Below are positions 13,321 through 25,984 of a DNA stretch of 64,000 bases, piece by piece. Each line of letters opens with the position of its first letter. Positions within the stretch are counted from its first letter, which is position 1. Made by a program: the position numbers and the translations under genes. The notes under the pieces were generated by a model. It had not been told where the DNA came from. It did no database searches and was given only the letters and a program-made list of their open reading frames with translations. The stretch lies in assembly GCA_046563655.1 (NCBI GenBank), contig CM102286.1:1054001-1118000 (forward strand), in the 5' to 3' direction. This DNA comes from Yuukianura sp. NJ FZ-2021. Lineage: Eukaryota.

Positions 13321-13812
13321 TTACCAAAATATTTTAGACTTTATTCGATCAAAACCAACGTTATAGTAAAAAGAATCACGGATTAATTTGTTTAATTCTG
13401 TCGTATCAGCTTCGGTTGAAGTTGTCGTTTCTGTTCGTTCCGTTTTTGCCGTTTCAGCAGGTTCCTCAGTTGTCGCAAAGGAAGTAACACTTTGAGTTGT
13501 CGTTGCTGAAGTCGTTGTGAATTCAAATTCGGTTGAAGATGGCGCCACTTCTGTCGTGACACTTCCGTGTTCAGTGGTTCTGCGTTCCGGAACGTCATCG
13601 AGTGCTTCTTTGTACATCCGATGCCACCTTGTGGCAAAATACAACGAGTAGCATGTTGTGACGAGGATGAAAATGGCAAAAACGAGAAAGAAGATGTCAT
13701 GCAAGTGAATTCTTTCCTTTTTGGTTTCTTGACCTTTTGAATACGGATGTGAGTTGTGTTGCAGTTGACCTACGTCCAACACTACACTCTGACCTTTCTC
13801 AAATCCACTCAT
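13321..13812 (-). CDS. Small single-pass membrane protein with Thr/Glu-rich (mucin-like) C-terminus, unknown family
   Basis: ATG at 13812 (MSGFEKG...), one hydrophobic segment IFFLVFAIFILVTTCYSLYFA, then TTE/TTT-rich region. 3' end is uncertain. Confidence 0.55.
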   Translation of the reverse strand: MSGFEKGQSVVLDVGQLQHNSHPYSKGQETKKERIHLHDIFFLVFAIFILVTTCYSLYFATRWHRMYKEALDDVPERRTTEHGSVTTEVAPSSTEFEFTTTSATTTQSVTSFATTEEPAETAKTERTETTTSTEADTTELNKLIRDSFYYNVGFDRIKSKIFW

Positions 13813-14283
13813 ATTTAAAAAAAAATGCAATTTTCGGCTGAATTTGTTCGTTTCTGAATTTGTGCTGAACTCTCTGCTGCTGTGAGTTTAGTTTTTGCCC
13901 GGTTTAGTTTGTGTTATGGAAAACTTTCACTTGCGATGTTGAATTTTATGAATTTGAGATCGCTCCTATCTCGAAAAAACAATGGTGGAGATAAAATTCA
14001 CAATCGGAAATGCGTCTCTGATTCAATGTCCTAGTTTGACTCATTGTTTTCAAAAAGTGCTGATTACAAACTAAACATAAACAATCAATGCTAAACAGGA
14101 GCTTTGAGACTCCAAAAATAGCCAAAAACATAGAAGAACATAGAGCCTAGGAGTAGGAAATGAGTTTGTGATTTTGATCAAGGAAAAGAAAATTTTAACT
14201 TCCGCAATTGGAAAACAAAAAAGAGATGAACTCCAAAAACTTAAATTGAACTCCGTCACTTTTATTCACATTTTGTAAAATTG

Positions 14284-14738
14284 TTAGACTGACGAAGAGG
14301 TTGTAGTGGTTTCGTTGCAAGCTCCCTCATGAGCCACCGTGATATTTGGATCTGAAATGTTTATGAACAAAAGTTATGTTAAACAATATGATAAACGTAT
14401 TAAATATTTCAAAAAAAATGTGAATATATTTGATTAAAAACTTTTATTTCGCTATTTTTACTTCTGTGTGGCCATTGTGTGAGGCAGAAGAAAGTTCCGC
14501 GGTTTCTGTAGGTCTCTCCGTTGGATCCACACACTGGTTTATTTTCACCAGTGGGTCTGCATGCCTAGCACACAAATTGTAATTTAGTAGACAACTAATT
14601 TAATTTAGTGCTAATTTACGTTAATTTAATGAAATAAGTTAATTTTAATACTTTGTTACTCACAGCAGCAAAATAAATGCAAAGAGAAATCAGCAGCACA
14701 ATGTAAACCAGCAACCGAGTTGATGGAATTGGTGCCAT
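14284..14738 (-). CDS. Secreted atypical (4-Cys) Kazal-type inhibitor A, 3 exons, 81 aa
   Basis: Exons 14738-14664, 14564-14462, 14351-14284 give MAPIPSTRLLVYIVLLISLCIYFAA-ACRPTGENKPVCGSNGETYRNRGTFFCLTQWPHRNPNITVAHEGACNETTTTSSSV. PVCGSNGxTY and HxGxC are Kazal hallmarks. Not in the ORF track. Confidence 0.88.
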
Positions 14739-15265
14739 GTTGGAAAATTTTCACTGGAAAGTGTGATTGTGGAAGTTGTTTTCAAACTAACTGAAAAACT
14801 GAACTGAAAAGGTAACTTGTTGGAAGAATTGGTGTGATGGAATTGCGTGATGGAAGTTTTGTGGATTGCAATAATTAATTCTCATTGTGGTTAAAGTCTA
14901 CTTAAAAGCTAATTGACGTTTGTATCCTGTCGTTTGGCCTTTCGTTTGTACCTAAGCTTACCTAGGTATGTATTCTAACAATGGAACAGAACTCTGCATT
15001 CCGAGAACTCATGTTTATTAAGTAAGTTTTTTCGAATTTATTTTTTATTCTGTACGTGGTGCTTTTTTCATAGCGTTTGATTTTTCAGGTTAAGGATGTA
15101 TGATTAAGCAATTTATTTTTCTAATGAAACAACGATTTTAGAACTCACCACACCTAAACTGCTTTTAAATTTATTTCCAATTGTCGTTTAAATTGATCGT
15201 TTAGCATATGTTTCATATCATTTCAAATTCAAAACAGGGCTATATGCTGTGCAGGTACGATGTGT

Positions 15266-15631
15266 TCAATTGCATGCCCCCGAGTATGCCACTCTAATGC
15301 TGGGATCTGAAATGTTTACAAATAAACAAACGCTGAAAATTGTTGATCTTACACAAAATTAAAAAGTTGAGTTTAAACCACAGTTTGATCTTACTCCTGT
15401 TTGGCCATTGAGTGGAGCAGTAAAATTGCCCCTCATTGGTGTACGTCACTCCGTTTGTTCCACAAACAGGAGCGTAAATGTCAGTGGTTTGGCATGCCTA
15501 AAACAACGACGTAACAAAATTACTCAAAAATAGATGTATGATTTTAGTTTTACATGTGAACTTACATTTGAAAAACAAGCGGAGATGCTAATGAGCAGAG
15601 TAATTGCAACAAGGACCTGAATTGACTTCAT
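15266..15631 (-). CDS. Secreted atypical (4-Cys) Kazal-type inhibitor B, 3 exons, 69 aa
   Basis: Exons 15631-15566, 15497-15395, 15306-15266 give MKSIQVLVAITLLISISACFSN-ACQTTDIYAPVCGTNGVTYTNEGQFYCSTQWPNRNPSIRVAYSGACN. Intron phases match copy A. Confidence 0.88.
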
Positions 15632-16176
15632 GTTGGGTAATAATTCGAAAAATCTGTACGTTTTTAGTGGACAGACCAAAGTTTCAAATTATGAATGATG
15701 ATTTGGTGGCTGCTTTGAATAAATTGCTATTTATAGGTCAATTCCACTTAATTAAGTTTCAACTCTTGCGTTTTCAAATTAATGCCGGGAACAAATGAAT
15801 TCCACAAACCAGTTAACTGTAATTTTTGTGCACATAACTTTAAAGAGTCCTTGGATTAGCAGAAATGTCATTTCAATGTTCGCCTTTTTCTGAAATTTTG
15901 AAAAGAATTTGCGGTGTAGCAACAAAGTTTAGAGAGAAAAACACCCACTATGAAATGGTCATAACAGTTTTTTTTTCAAAGTTAAATGCTCCTCGCCAGT
16001 TATACGATATTGGTTCAAAAAATTTTCAAAAAAATTGGAGTCGAAGCAAAGAGAAGAAAAAATTCCAAAAATATTTCACCAAAAAAATTTCTGTTTGCTC
16101 TCATTTTAGCAAAAATCAACAAAACGTTATGGGAGTTTGCGATGAGTAGGTTTATCTATGTAGTTTGTCTAAAGGT

Positions 16177-16292
16177 AGATCTATGTGACCAATCTAAAAA
16201 AAATTCATGCTAAGGCTTTTCGAAAAACACTCTTGGGGATTTCTTAAAACTTGAAACAAAAACTTGGTGTCACGCTACAAACTGTGGTAAAG
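16177..16292 (+). promoter_or_regulatory. Upstream block conserved before all five IR-array genes
   Basis: gatctatgtgaccaatct...aattcatgctaaggc...gaaaaacac...aaacaaaaacttggtgtcacgcta...tgtggta recurs at ~16177, 19097, 23516, 26598 and 29018, within ~190 nt of each ATG. Confidence 0.55.
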
Positions 16293-16355
16293 AACGTTTT
16301 TTCACTAAAACTTAACTCCATTTCTATTTTTTTTTCAAAATCTGTAAAGTTAAAA

Positions 16356-18625
16356 ATGTTTTTTTCAAAAATTCGAATTTTCACCTGTGCTGTATTCTTT
16401 ACCACAGTCCAAATTATTGGAATGTGGCAAGTCAAAGGTCAAAGTTTAAATCTTGAACCCTATCTTCAAAGTTTCAAAAACTGCTACATCAATGTCGTTC
16501 TGCACTCGCCAAATTTGGATTTCTTCGCATCTTCTTATCCCATGTCTATTTCAACGCCAAAGTACATCGAAAATTCAACCGACAAAGATTGTGACTTACT
16601 GAGAACTGAAATTGCAGAAGGCGTTGATCCCGACTATGGCATTTGTCCTCGCGTGCGTTCAAATTTTCATCTCAGAGGTGTCAATTGCTTAGCTGCTGTT
16701 CAACTGCTACCACCAATTGATAACTTGTTAGAAGACGCTTTATCGTACATCTACAAATTTTGGAACAGATATCGCTCCATCAGTGAAATTCAATACGCCA
16801 GAAAATTAAGAAACGGTACAATTGAAAAAACTAAAATCAAAACCTATGGTTTTCATGTTCAATTTCATCCTTCACGAACTTTTGTTCAAATTTTGACCAA
16901 TCAGGTTGTAGGTAAAGTGGTTATGATGCGGAAGTGGAAATATCTTTACGCATCATATGCACTTATTAGTTTTCAACCAATCGTAGTTTTCGAATTGAAC
17001 AAAAATTGGAATTTTGAATCCAGTCGTGCAAATCTGTACTACTTGAACAGAAATCTAATCAAGTGGAGAACACTACAAACAGACCAAGGCAAGTCACTAA
17101 ACATAAAAATTTTTTGTCTTTTAAACATTTGTATCCAAAGTTTTGATTTTTAGTATTGACAATTGAGCAACGGGAACGGTGGCACATGGACAGCTTTTGT
17201 CATACCTTGGAAAACTTCAATAGTAACAAACTAGGAGCAGGGTTGAAAAATTTTCTGATAGGAACCGAGAAATGCTTGAATTCTGGGCAGATACATGATG
17301 GCATAGACAATCGTACCATAGCAACTGGTCCGCCGCCAATTTCAATCATCTACCCAACACCACTGAGCATGCGCTTTAACGCCGGAACTAACACTTACTA
17401 CCAACCTACGACACATTCAACAATGCTGGTAGTGACATCTTCTGGACTGGAATTTGCATATTTGCACACTCTACGGGACTACTTGTGTCCATTTCAAACA
17501 TTTGCTTGGGTCACACTCATCCTAGTCACACTTTTACTTACAGCTGCTCTCCACAAAGTATTTCAGTTTAAGAAATTTCAAGATTCCGCACCGACTTTAG
17601 TTTTGGAAATCTTTATGGAACAGAGTTGTTCACATTCAAACAAATTTTCAAAAGATAGATTACGTTACTGCCTCTTGGCAACATTTTTGGCGGGAATTGT
17701 TTTGACGAATAGTTACAAAGGCCTTGCCGTTATGTCTCTAATGAAACCTTTGGCGCCAATTGGAATTTCAAATTTAGAAGAAGCGTTGGACAAAAACTAC
17801 AAGCTGTACTACTACGACCGCAGTAGAGAGGGACTTCACAAAAAATTTTGCACGGGAGCGGAAACTTTTCACCAAATGTTTCAACGTACGCATGCGCAGA
17901 AGGAGAGCGGTTATTACACTCACTTGAGAGGGTTTCCATGGCAACGGACATTAAGCGATTTTCAATTTACCCAGCTATATTTTGGTCAGCAATTGATTGG
18001 CCTAATGTCATATAAATTCATAACTTTTTTGTCCATGATGACTGAGGCACAAGGTCGCAAACATTTGGCATCTTCTTTCCCGCCAAATTCCAAAAGTGAG
18101 AAACTAAATTTTCAAATGATTTCGGCAGCAGAACCTTTACCATGTCACTGCAAGGGGATAGTGACCTCAAAAATTTTAAAAGGTAATGCAATGTACGTTG
18201 GACCAGCAGCAGAAGTGACGTCTTTGCTCATGCGAGGTCAATTTTCAGTTGATGATGCTGATTTGTATGAGATTCAAGATGTCACGAGGGTTTTGGCCAA
18301 AGAAATGACAGGATTTCAGATACTTGGCGTAGCAAGCGTGAGAGCACCACTTGTACGAAAAGTGATGGCCTACGCAGAATCTGGTTCATTCACAAAGTTT
18401 AGTCAAAATGAAACGTTTTCAAACTTTTTGAAAGATATTTCCTGGATTAGAAAAACATCAAATTTCCAAAGTTGGCGGGATCCGAAACCTCTAACTTTGA
18501 AATCAAAAGTAACCGTTTCATTTGTAGTATACTTTTTTTGTATCACAATTTCAATTCTACAATTTCTGTTCAAAAAATGTGCTGTCGAATGTTTTCAGCA
18601 AAAATCTAAAGTCGTCGTTTTTTAG
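16356..18625 (+). CDS. Divergent ionotropic receptor, array copy 1, ~734 aa
   Basis: Exons 16356-17088 and 17154-18625 (GC-AG intron), 2205 nt. Signal-like leader, YLCPFQTFAW (pre-M1/M1), IFMEQ (M2), GIVLTNSYKGLAVMSL (M3), PLTLKSKVTVSFVVYFFC (M4). Confidence 0.82.
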
Positions 18626-19271
18626 TAACGTCTGATCTTCAGTTGCAAATTGTTTCATAACATAATTAACACACTCTGAAGTAAATGTGCTTGAGTTCAC
18701 AACACTAAAACGCTTTTGAACTGATTTATTTGCCATTTTCGTTTAAGTTGATCCTTTCTGGAAACGTCTCATGTTATTGAACATATCTATATATAAGCCA
18801 AATTTTCGCAGTTTTAAGCAATTTTGAAACGAATTTGAGTGTAGCAACAAAAATTCAGAAAAAAACGCTTAATATGCAAAGATGATAAGGTTTTTTGAAA
18901 TTTAAACGGTCCCGTTACACAAAATTGGCGCGATGCAAAGTAAAGACAACCAAAAATTCCTAAAATATTTCACAAAAGGACTTTGGTTTGCAGTCTTGTG
19001 AGACATAAATCATAAAAACGTTATGGAAGGTTGCCGTGAGACTTTTGAGCAAGTCCACAGCATGGCGTGACGTGCTTCTGGGCAATCCCTGCAGTGGATC
19101 TATGTGACCAATCTGCAAACAATACATGGTAAGGCGTTTCGAAAAACACTTTTGGGGTTTTTTCAAAACTGTATTTAAGAAACAAAAACTTGGAGTCACG
19201 CTAAAAATTGTGGTAAAGGTTTTACATAAAAACTTTTAAAATTTTCATTCCCAAGTTGTACAGCTTCAAAA

Positions 19272-22124
19272 ATGCTGCATTCAAAAATTCAAATTGTTGC
19301 AACTGGTATATTGTATGCCGCTATCCAAATTATTGGAACATGGCAGGTCAAAGGTCAAAGTTTAAACTTTGACCCTTATTTTCAAAGTTTCAGAAACTGT
19401 TACATTAACGGTATTCTGCACCAGCCAAATTTAAATTTCTTTGTTTCCACTTTTCCCTTGTCAATTTCAACACCAGAGTACATTCAAAATTACAGAGACA
19501 GAGATTGCGAGTTATTGAGAACCAACATTACAGAGGGCACTGATCCTGACTATGGCATTTGCCCACGCGTGCGTTCAAATTTTCATCTCCGAGGTGTGAA
19601 TTGCTTAGCTGTTGTTCAACTGATGCCACAAATTGACAACTTACTAGAAGACGCTTTTTCGTACATCTACAAATTTTGGAATCAGTATCGTCCCACTAGT
19701 CGATTGAAATATTCTAGAAAACTACGAAACGGAACAATTGAAAAAACACAAATCACCTACTACGGTTTCCAGGTTGTATTTTTTCCTTCACGCATCGTTG
19801 TTCAAATTTTGACCAACCAGGTTGTAGGTGAAGAGACAAGTATGCGAAAGTATAAAAATGCTGAGGCAGTGTATTCTGTCGCACGTTTTCAGCCAATCGT
19901 CGTGGTCGAATTGAACAAAAATTTGAGTTTTGAGTCCAGGCGAACAAGCTTGTACTACAGGAGCAGAAATTTTTTTATATGGGGTACACTGCAAACAGAA
20001 AAACGTAAGTTACTAAACTAAAACCATTTTTGATTTTTCTTAATCTTAATTGATTTTCAGTGTTGACAATTGAGCAACGTGACCGGTGGTATATGAACAG
20101 CTTTTGCTATAATTTAACTTTGGGAACTTCACATAACAGCAAATTCGGAGCAGATTTGAAAAATTTTCTGGTTGGAAGCGAGAAATGCTTGAATTCTGTA
20201 CATGCGTATGGCAGAGTAGGCCGTAGCAGGTCATAAGGGCTAAACCAAAAAGGGCTACTCCAATAAGGGCTACTCAATAAGGGCTAAAAAAAATAAGGGC
20301 TACTCCAATAAAGGCTACTCCAATAAGGGCTACTGTCAATAAGGGCTACTTTTAATAAGGGCTACTTAATTAAAGCGTATTTACTTATTTTCCCGCGCCG
20401 AAGGCGCGGCGTTAGGTTATTTAATTTACAGTAGTGATTAGTTTTTAATATGAAAGCCTAACCTAACCCCGGGCATCAACGAGGCCTGATGCAAATTACG
20501 AAGAAGTCTTGATTTTTAATTTGATATATTTTCTACAGCGATTAGGTATAAAATGCGGGAAGATAACACTGGAAGTTAATTCAGCAGGTAATTGAATTAG
20601 CGGTTATTTAAACTAGCCCTTATTAAAAGTAGCCCTTATTAAAAGTAGCCTTTATTGACAGTAGCCCTTATTGACAGTAGCCCTTATTGGAGTAGCCTTT
20701 ATTGGAGTAGCCCTTATTTTTTTAGCCCTTATTGAGTAGCCCTTATTGGAGTAGCCCTTTTTGGTTTAGCCCTTATGACCTGGAACCGAGTAGGCAGCAA
20801 CACAAGGGCAAACCTTCCGTTTAAAATTTCAATCTTGTACCCAATACCATTGACCATGCGCCATAATGCCGGGAGTAATATTTACTTCCAACCTACGACA
20901 CATTCAACTATGCTGGTGGTGACATCTTCTGGATTGGAATTTGCATATTTGCATACTCTACGGGACTACTTGTGTCCATTTCAAACATTTGCTTGGGTCA
21001 CACTCATCCTAGTCACACTTTTACTTATTGCTGCTCTACACAAAGTATTTCAGTTTAAAAAATTACAAGATTCTGCAGGGATTTTACTTTTTGCGATTTT
21101 CATGGAACAATGCTGTTCTTTTTCAATCAAATTTTCAAAAAATAGACTTCGTTACTTCCTCTGTGTACTATTTTTGGCGGGAATTGTTTTGACCAATAGT
21201 TACAAAGGTCTTGCAGTTATGTCTCTAATGAAACCTTTGGCGCCAATTGGAATTTCAAATTTAGAAGAAGCGTTGGACAAAAACTACACGCTGTACTACT
21301 ACGACAGAGATAGTAAAGACAACACATTTTGCTCAGGAGCTAAAACCTTTGACCAAATGTTTCACCGTGCGCATAACATGTCTGGGAGTAGTTATGGGGG
21401 TAAAGTTTACATGAAAGGATTTCCATGGCAACGGACGTTAAGCGATTTTGAATTTACCCAGTTTTATTTTGGTAAGTACTTGTTGGGCGAAATGTCGTAT
21501 AAATTTATTACTTTTTTGTCTATGATGACTGAGGCACGAGGTCGGAAAAATTTGGCCACTTTTTTCACGCCAAATTCCAAAAGTGAGAAGCTAAATTTTC
21601 AAATGATTTCGGCAGCAGAACCGTTACCATGTCACTGTAAGGGGTTAGTGACTTCAAAAATTTTAAAAGACAATGCAATGTACGTTGGGCCAGCAGAAGA
21701 AGTGAGGTCACTGCTCGTACGAAGTCAGTTTTCAGCTGATGATGCTGATTTGTATGAGGTTGATGACGTCACTGGGGTGCTGGCCAATGAAATGACAGGA
21801 TTTCAGATAGATGGCGGCGTAGCAGGTATTAGAGCACCAGTTGCACAAAAAGTAAAGACCTATATAGAATCTGGTTCATTCACAAAATTTGTAAAAAATG
21901 AGACTTTTTCAAACTTTTTGAAAGATATGTCCTGGATTAGAAAGACATCAAATTTTCGAACCTGGCATCACCCAAAACCGTTCAGTTTAAAATCGAAAAT
22001 GGCTGTTTCATTCGTTGTGTACTTGTTTTGTATCACTATTTCCATTCTACACTTTTTGTTTACACAAAAAAGCTACAGCAGATGTCAAATATTTTCAGAA
22101 AAAACTAAAGTCGTAGTTGTCTAG
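19272..22124 (+). CDS. Divergent ionotropic receptor, array copy 2; exon 2 interrupted by a MITE
   Basis: Exon 19272-20004, exon 2 from 20061. Insertion 20221-20788. Removing it plus one agtagg restores ...HAYGRVGSNTRANLPFK... with no other lesion. Confidence 0.78.
20221..20788. mobile_element. 568-bp foldback-type MITE with 6-bp TSD
   Basis: Arms of ~145 and ~175 bp are near-perfect inverted repeats built from ~15-bp units (aataagggctactcc). TSD agtagg at 20215-20220 and 20789-20794. Internal hairpin cgcgccgaaggcgcg and cctaacctaacc. Confidence 0.92.
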
Positions 22125-22409
22125 CAGCCTTTGCACTTCAATTGAAAATTGTTGCACAACAGTACTAACAAATTCTGAAATAATCTGACGGTAAACCAAA
22201 CGTAAACAATGAATGTTAGGTATGCGTAGGATTTTCCTAAAATATCTAAAGTCTTAAACATAATTCACAGTCAGCAATCTATAAAGTTTATAATTGCTAA
22301 AAAAAAAGAAAATTTTAACGTCTGGAATTTGCAAAACAAAGCCAGAGATGAATTCGAATTCACAAAACTTAAATTGAACGCCACCATTTTTATTCATATC
22401 TTGATCAAG

Positions 22410-22839
22410 TTAGACTGATGAAGGTGTAGTACTCGTCTTGTTGCAAGCTCCCTCATGAGCTACTGTGATGTTCGGATCTGAAATGTTTATAAACAATAAA
22501 CTACATTAAATAATAAGTATGTATTCAAAATATATTAAATATAATTTCATTTGTTATTCTTTACTTTTGTCTGGCCATTGTGTGACACAGAAGAAAGTTC
22601 CAGGGTTTCGGTATGTGACTCCGTTGGATCCACACACTGGTTTGTTTTCACCAGTGGGTTTGCATGCCTAGCACACAACAAATTGTAATCGAAGAGCTAG
22701 CTAATTTGACTTAATGAAGTAAGTTTATGTTAAGTTTGATTGTTTTTAATACTTTGTCACTCACAACAGCTAAATAAATGCAAATAGAAATCAGGATGAC
22801 GATGTACACAAGCAGCCGAGTTGATGGAATTGGTGACAT
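22410..22839 (-). CDS. Secreted atypical (4-Cys) Kazal-type inhibitor C (recent duplicate of A), 81 aa
   Basis: Exons 22839-22765, 22667-22565, 22477-22410. Mature ACKPTGENKPVCGSNGVTYRNPGTFFCVTQWPDKNPNITVAHEGACNKTSTTPSSV. Flanks ~22190-23150 align with ~14070-15050. Confidence 0.88.
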
Positions 22840-23703
22840 TATTCAAAACTTTCTCTGGAAAGTGTTATTCTGGAAGTCGTTTTCAAACTAACTGAAAAAC
22901 TGGACTGAAAAGCCAATTTTTTCCCAACAATTTTGGAGCAAAGAAGTTGCGTGATGGAAGTTTTGTAGATTACAATGATTGCCTGCCATTGTGGGTAAAC
23001 GTTAAAGCCTACTTAAAAACTAATTGATGTCTGTTTGTTATTGTTTGCTCTTTTTGTACCTGAACTTATGCATTCTAACTACGAAACAGTTCTGAAATTC
23101 TGCAATTCGAGAACTCATGCTTATTACGGAAACATTTTTGAATTCGTTCTTTTTTCGGCGCATTTTCATCGTAACTTCTTTTCAGTCTGCTTTTTTTTTT
23201 CAATTTAAAGAAAAACCGTCTCAATTCATTTGCAATATGCCTCTTTGTCGACAACTTTTAAATTTGCATCTGAAATGTTGCCAAATTGCATAGCAAAAAT
23301 TTCCCTATTTTAAACCGGACTTAAATTTATGCTTAATAGAACGCCCTTGAAATTGAGTAAGGTCGCTTTTCTTAACTTATTAAACTAATTTTCTGTTTTT
23401 GCAAAACAGTTTTTTTTTATGTTAAGACAAAGATCAGCAAAAGGTTAAGGAAGTTGGCCTAGAGATGGTTTATGCATGATACGGCGACAAGCTTCCGGGC
23501 CGTTCCTGAAGTGACATCTCTCTGACCAATCTCACACAAAATCATGATAAGGCGATTCGAAAAAAAATTGGAAATTTGTAGAAACTGTATTCAAGACACA
23601 AAAACTTGGTGTCACGCTACAAACTGTGGGAAGGAAGGATAAGGTTTTCCATAAAAAGTAAACTTCACTAAAATTTTATTTTCCAAATTGTGGAACTACA
23701 AAC

Positions 23704-25984
23704 ATGTTCTACTCAAAAATCCAAATTTTCAACTGTGGTATATTGTTTGTAGCTATCCAAATTATTACAACGTGTCATGTGACAAATGTGAAAGGTCAAA
23801 GTTTAAATTTTGACCCCTATCTTCGAAGCTTCCGAAATTGTTACATCAATGTCATTCTGCACCAGCCGAATTTAAATTTCTTCGTTTCTACTTTTCCCGT
23901 GTCAATTTCATCACCAGAGTACATCCAAAATTACACCGACAGAGATTGTGACTTATTGAGAACGGAAGTTGCAGAAGGCGTTGACCCCGACTATGGCATC
24001 TGTCCTCGCGTGCGTTCAAATTTTCATCTCCGAGGTGTTAATTGCTTAGCTGTTGTTCAACTGATGCCACCAAGTGACAATTTCTTAGTGGACGCTCTTT
24101 TTTACATCTACAAATTTTGGAATCAGTGTCGTTCATTCAGTCAATTTCAATATTTCAGAAAATTACGAAATGGAACAATTGAAAAAACTAAAATAGCATT
24201 CTCCGGTATTCAGGTAGCATTTTATCCCTCACGCTCGTTTGTTCAAATTTTGACCAATGAGGTTGTAGGTAGAGCCTTGCTGGTACCAAGCATTAAGCAT
24301 CCTGACGTTAAGCATGTTGTATTACGTTCTCACCCAGTCGTAGTCGTCGAATTGAACAAATATTTGAACTTTGAATCCAGTCGTTCGAGTTTGTATTACC
24401 TACATATGGATCAAAATCTTCACAAATGGAGAACACTACGAAAAGACCAACGTAAGTTTACTACAAAATACTCATTCTTTGCTTTCTTTTTAAAATTTGA
24501 ATTCTAACGCTTGATTTTTAGTGTTGACTATTGAGCAACGTGAGCGGTGGCATATGAACCACTTTTGTCATACTTTTGGAAGTTCACTTAGCAACAAATT
24601 CGTAGCAGATTTGAAAAATTTTGTGGTTGGAAGCGGGAAATGCTTGAACTCTGCGCAGGCTCATGACAGAACAAACAGCACTATAGAAAATTTTCCGTCG
24701 CATATTTTAATTTCCTACCCTTCACCTTTGACCTTGCGCCGTAACGCGGGAAGTGACATTTACTACCAACCTACGACACATTCTACCATGCTGGTGGTGA
24801 CATCTTCTGGACTTGAATTTGCATATTTGAACACTCTACGGGACTACTTGTGTCCATTTCAAACATTTGCTTGGGTCACACTAATTCTAGTAACACTTTT
24901 ACTTATAACTGCTCTACACAAAGTATTTCAGTTTAAAAAATTTCAAGATTCCGCATGGATTTTACTTTTTGAAATCTTCATGGAACAGAGTTGTTCATAT
25001 TCAAAAAAATTTTCAAAAGATAGACTGCGTTACTTCCTTTGTGTAATATGTTTGGCAGGAATTGTGTTGACCAATAGTTACAAAGGCCTTGCAGTTATGT
25101 CTCTAATGAAACCTTTGGCGCCAATTGGAATTTCAAATTTGGAAGAAGGTTTAGACAAAAACTACACGCTGTACTACTACGACAGAGACAAGGAGGAATA
25201 TCATCAAAAATTTTGCATGGGAGAAAAGGAATATACTTTTGACCGAATGTTTCAAAGGGCGCATGGAAAGAAGAACGCTGGTACTGCTCACCTTAGAGGG
25301 TTTCCATGGCAACGGACGTTAAGCGATTTTGAATTTACCCAGTTTTATTTTGGTCAGCACTTGTTGGGTCAGACAATGTCGTATAAATACATTGCTTTGT
25401 TGTCCATGATGACGGAGGCACAAGGTCGCAAAAATTTGGCAACTTTTTTCACGCCAAATTCCAAAAGTGAAAAGCTAAATTTTCAAATGATTTCGGCAGC
25501 AGAACCGTTACCATGCCACTGCAAGGGATTAGTGACATCAAAAATTTTAAGGCGTAGTGTAATGTACGTTGGACCGGCTGAAGAAGTGAGGTCACAGCTC
25601 ATACGAGGTCAATTTTCAGTTGACGATGCTGATTTGTATGAGGTTAGTGACGTCACTGGTGTTTTGGCCAATGAAATGACAGGATTTCAGATAGTTGGCA
25701 TAACAAATGCTAGAACACCACTTATACAAAAAGTGAAAGCTTTTGTTGAGTCAGGTGCTTTTTCAAAATTTTGTCAAAATGAAACTTTTTCAAACTTTTT
25801 GAAAGATATGTCATGGATTAGAAAAGCTTCAAATTTTCAAAGCTGGCACCACCCAAAACCGCTAAGCTTAAAATCAAAAGTGACTGTTTCATTTGTTGTG
25901 TACCTTTTTTGTATCACAATTTCAGTCGTACATTTTTTGTTCAAAAAAGCTACAGTAAGATATGGTTGTCAAATATTTTCATAG
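23704..25984 (+). CDS. Divergent ionotropic receptor, array copy 3, ~736 aa
   Basis: Exons 23704-24451 and 24522-25984 (CAAC|gtaagt...tttag|TG), 2211 nt. Same motifs as copy 1. Confidence 0.82.

Noticed and set aside
12571..13386. Long alternative-frame ORFs (12691-13386 +, 12771-13301 -, 12809-13213 +)
   Set aside because: Shadows of the stop-poor 39-bp repeat. Only the Gly-rich frame has a spliced signal peptide and third-position variation.
17932..17945. X-box GTTTCCATGGCAAC inside IR coding sequence
   Set aside because: Largely forced by the conserved GFPWQR codons, and altered in copy 2.
20221..20788. CRISPR-like repeat array
   Set aside because: No unique spacers. The units form inverted arms with a TSD in eukaryotic DNA.
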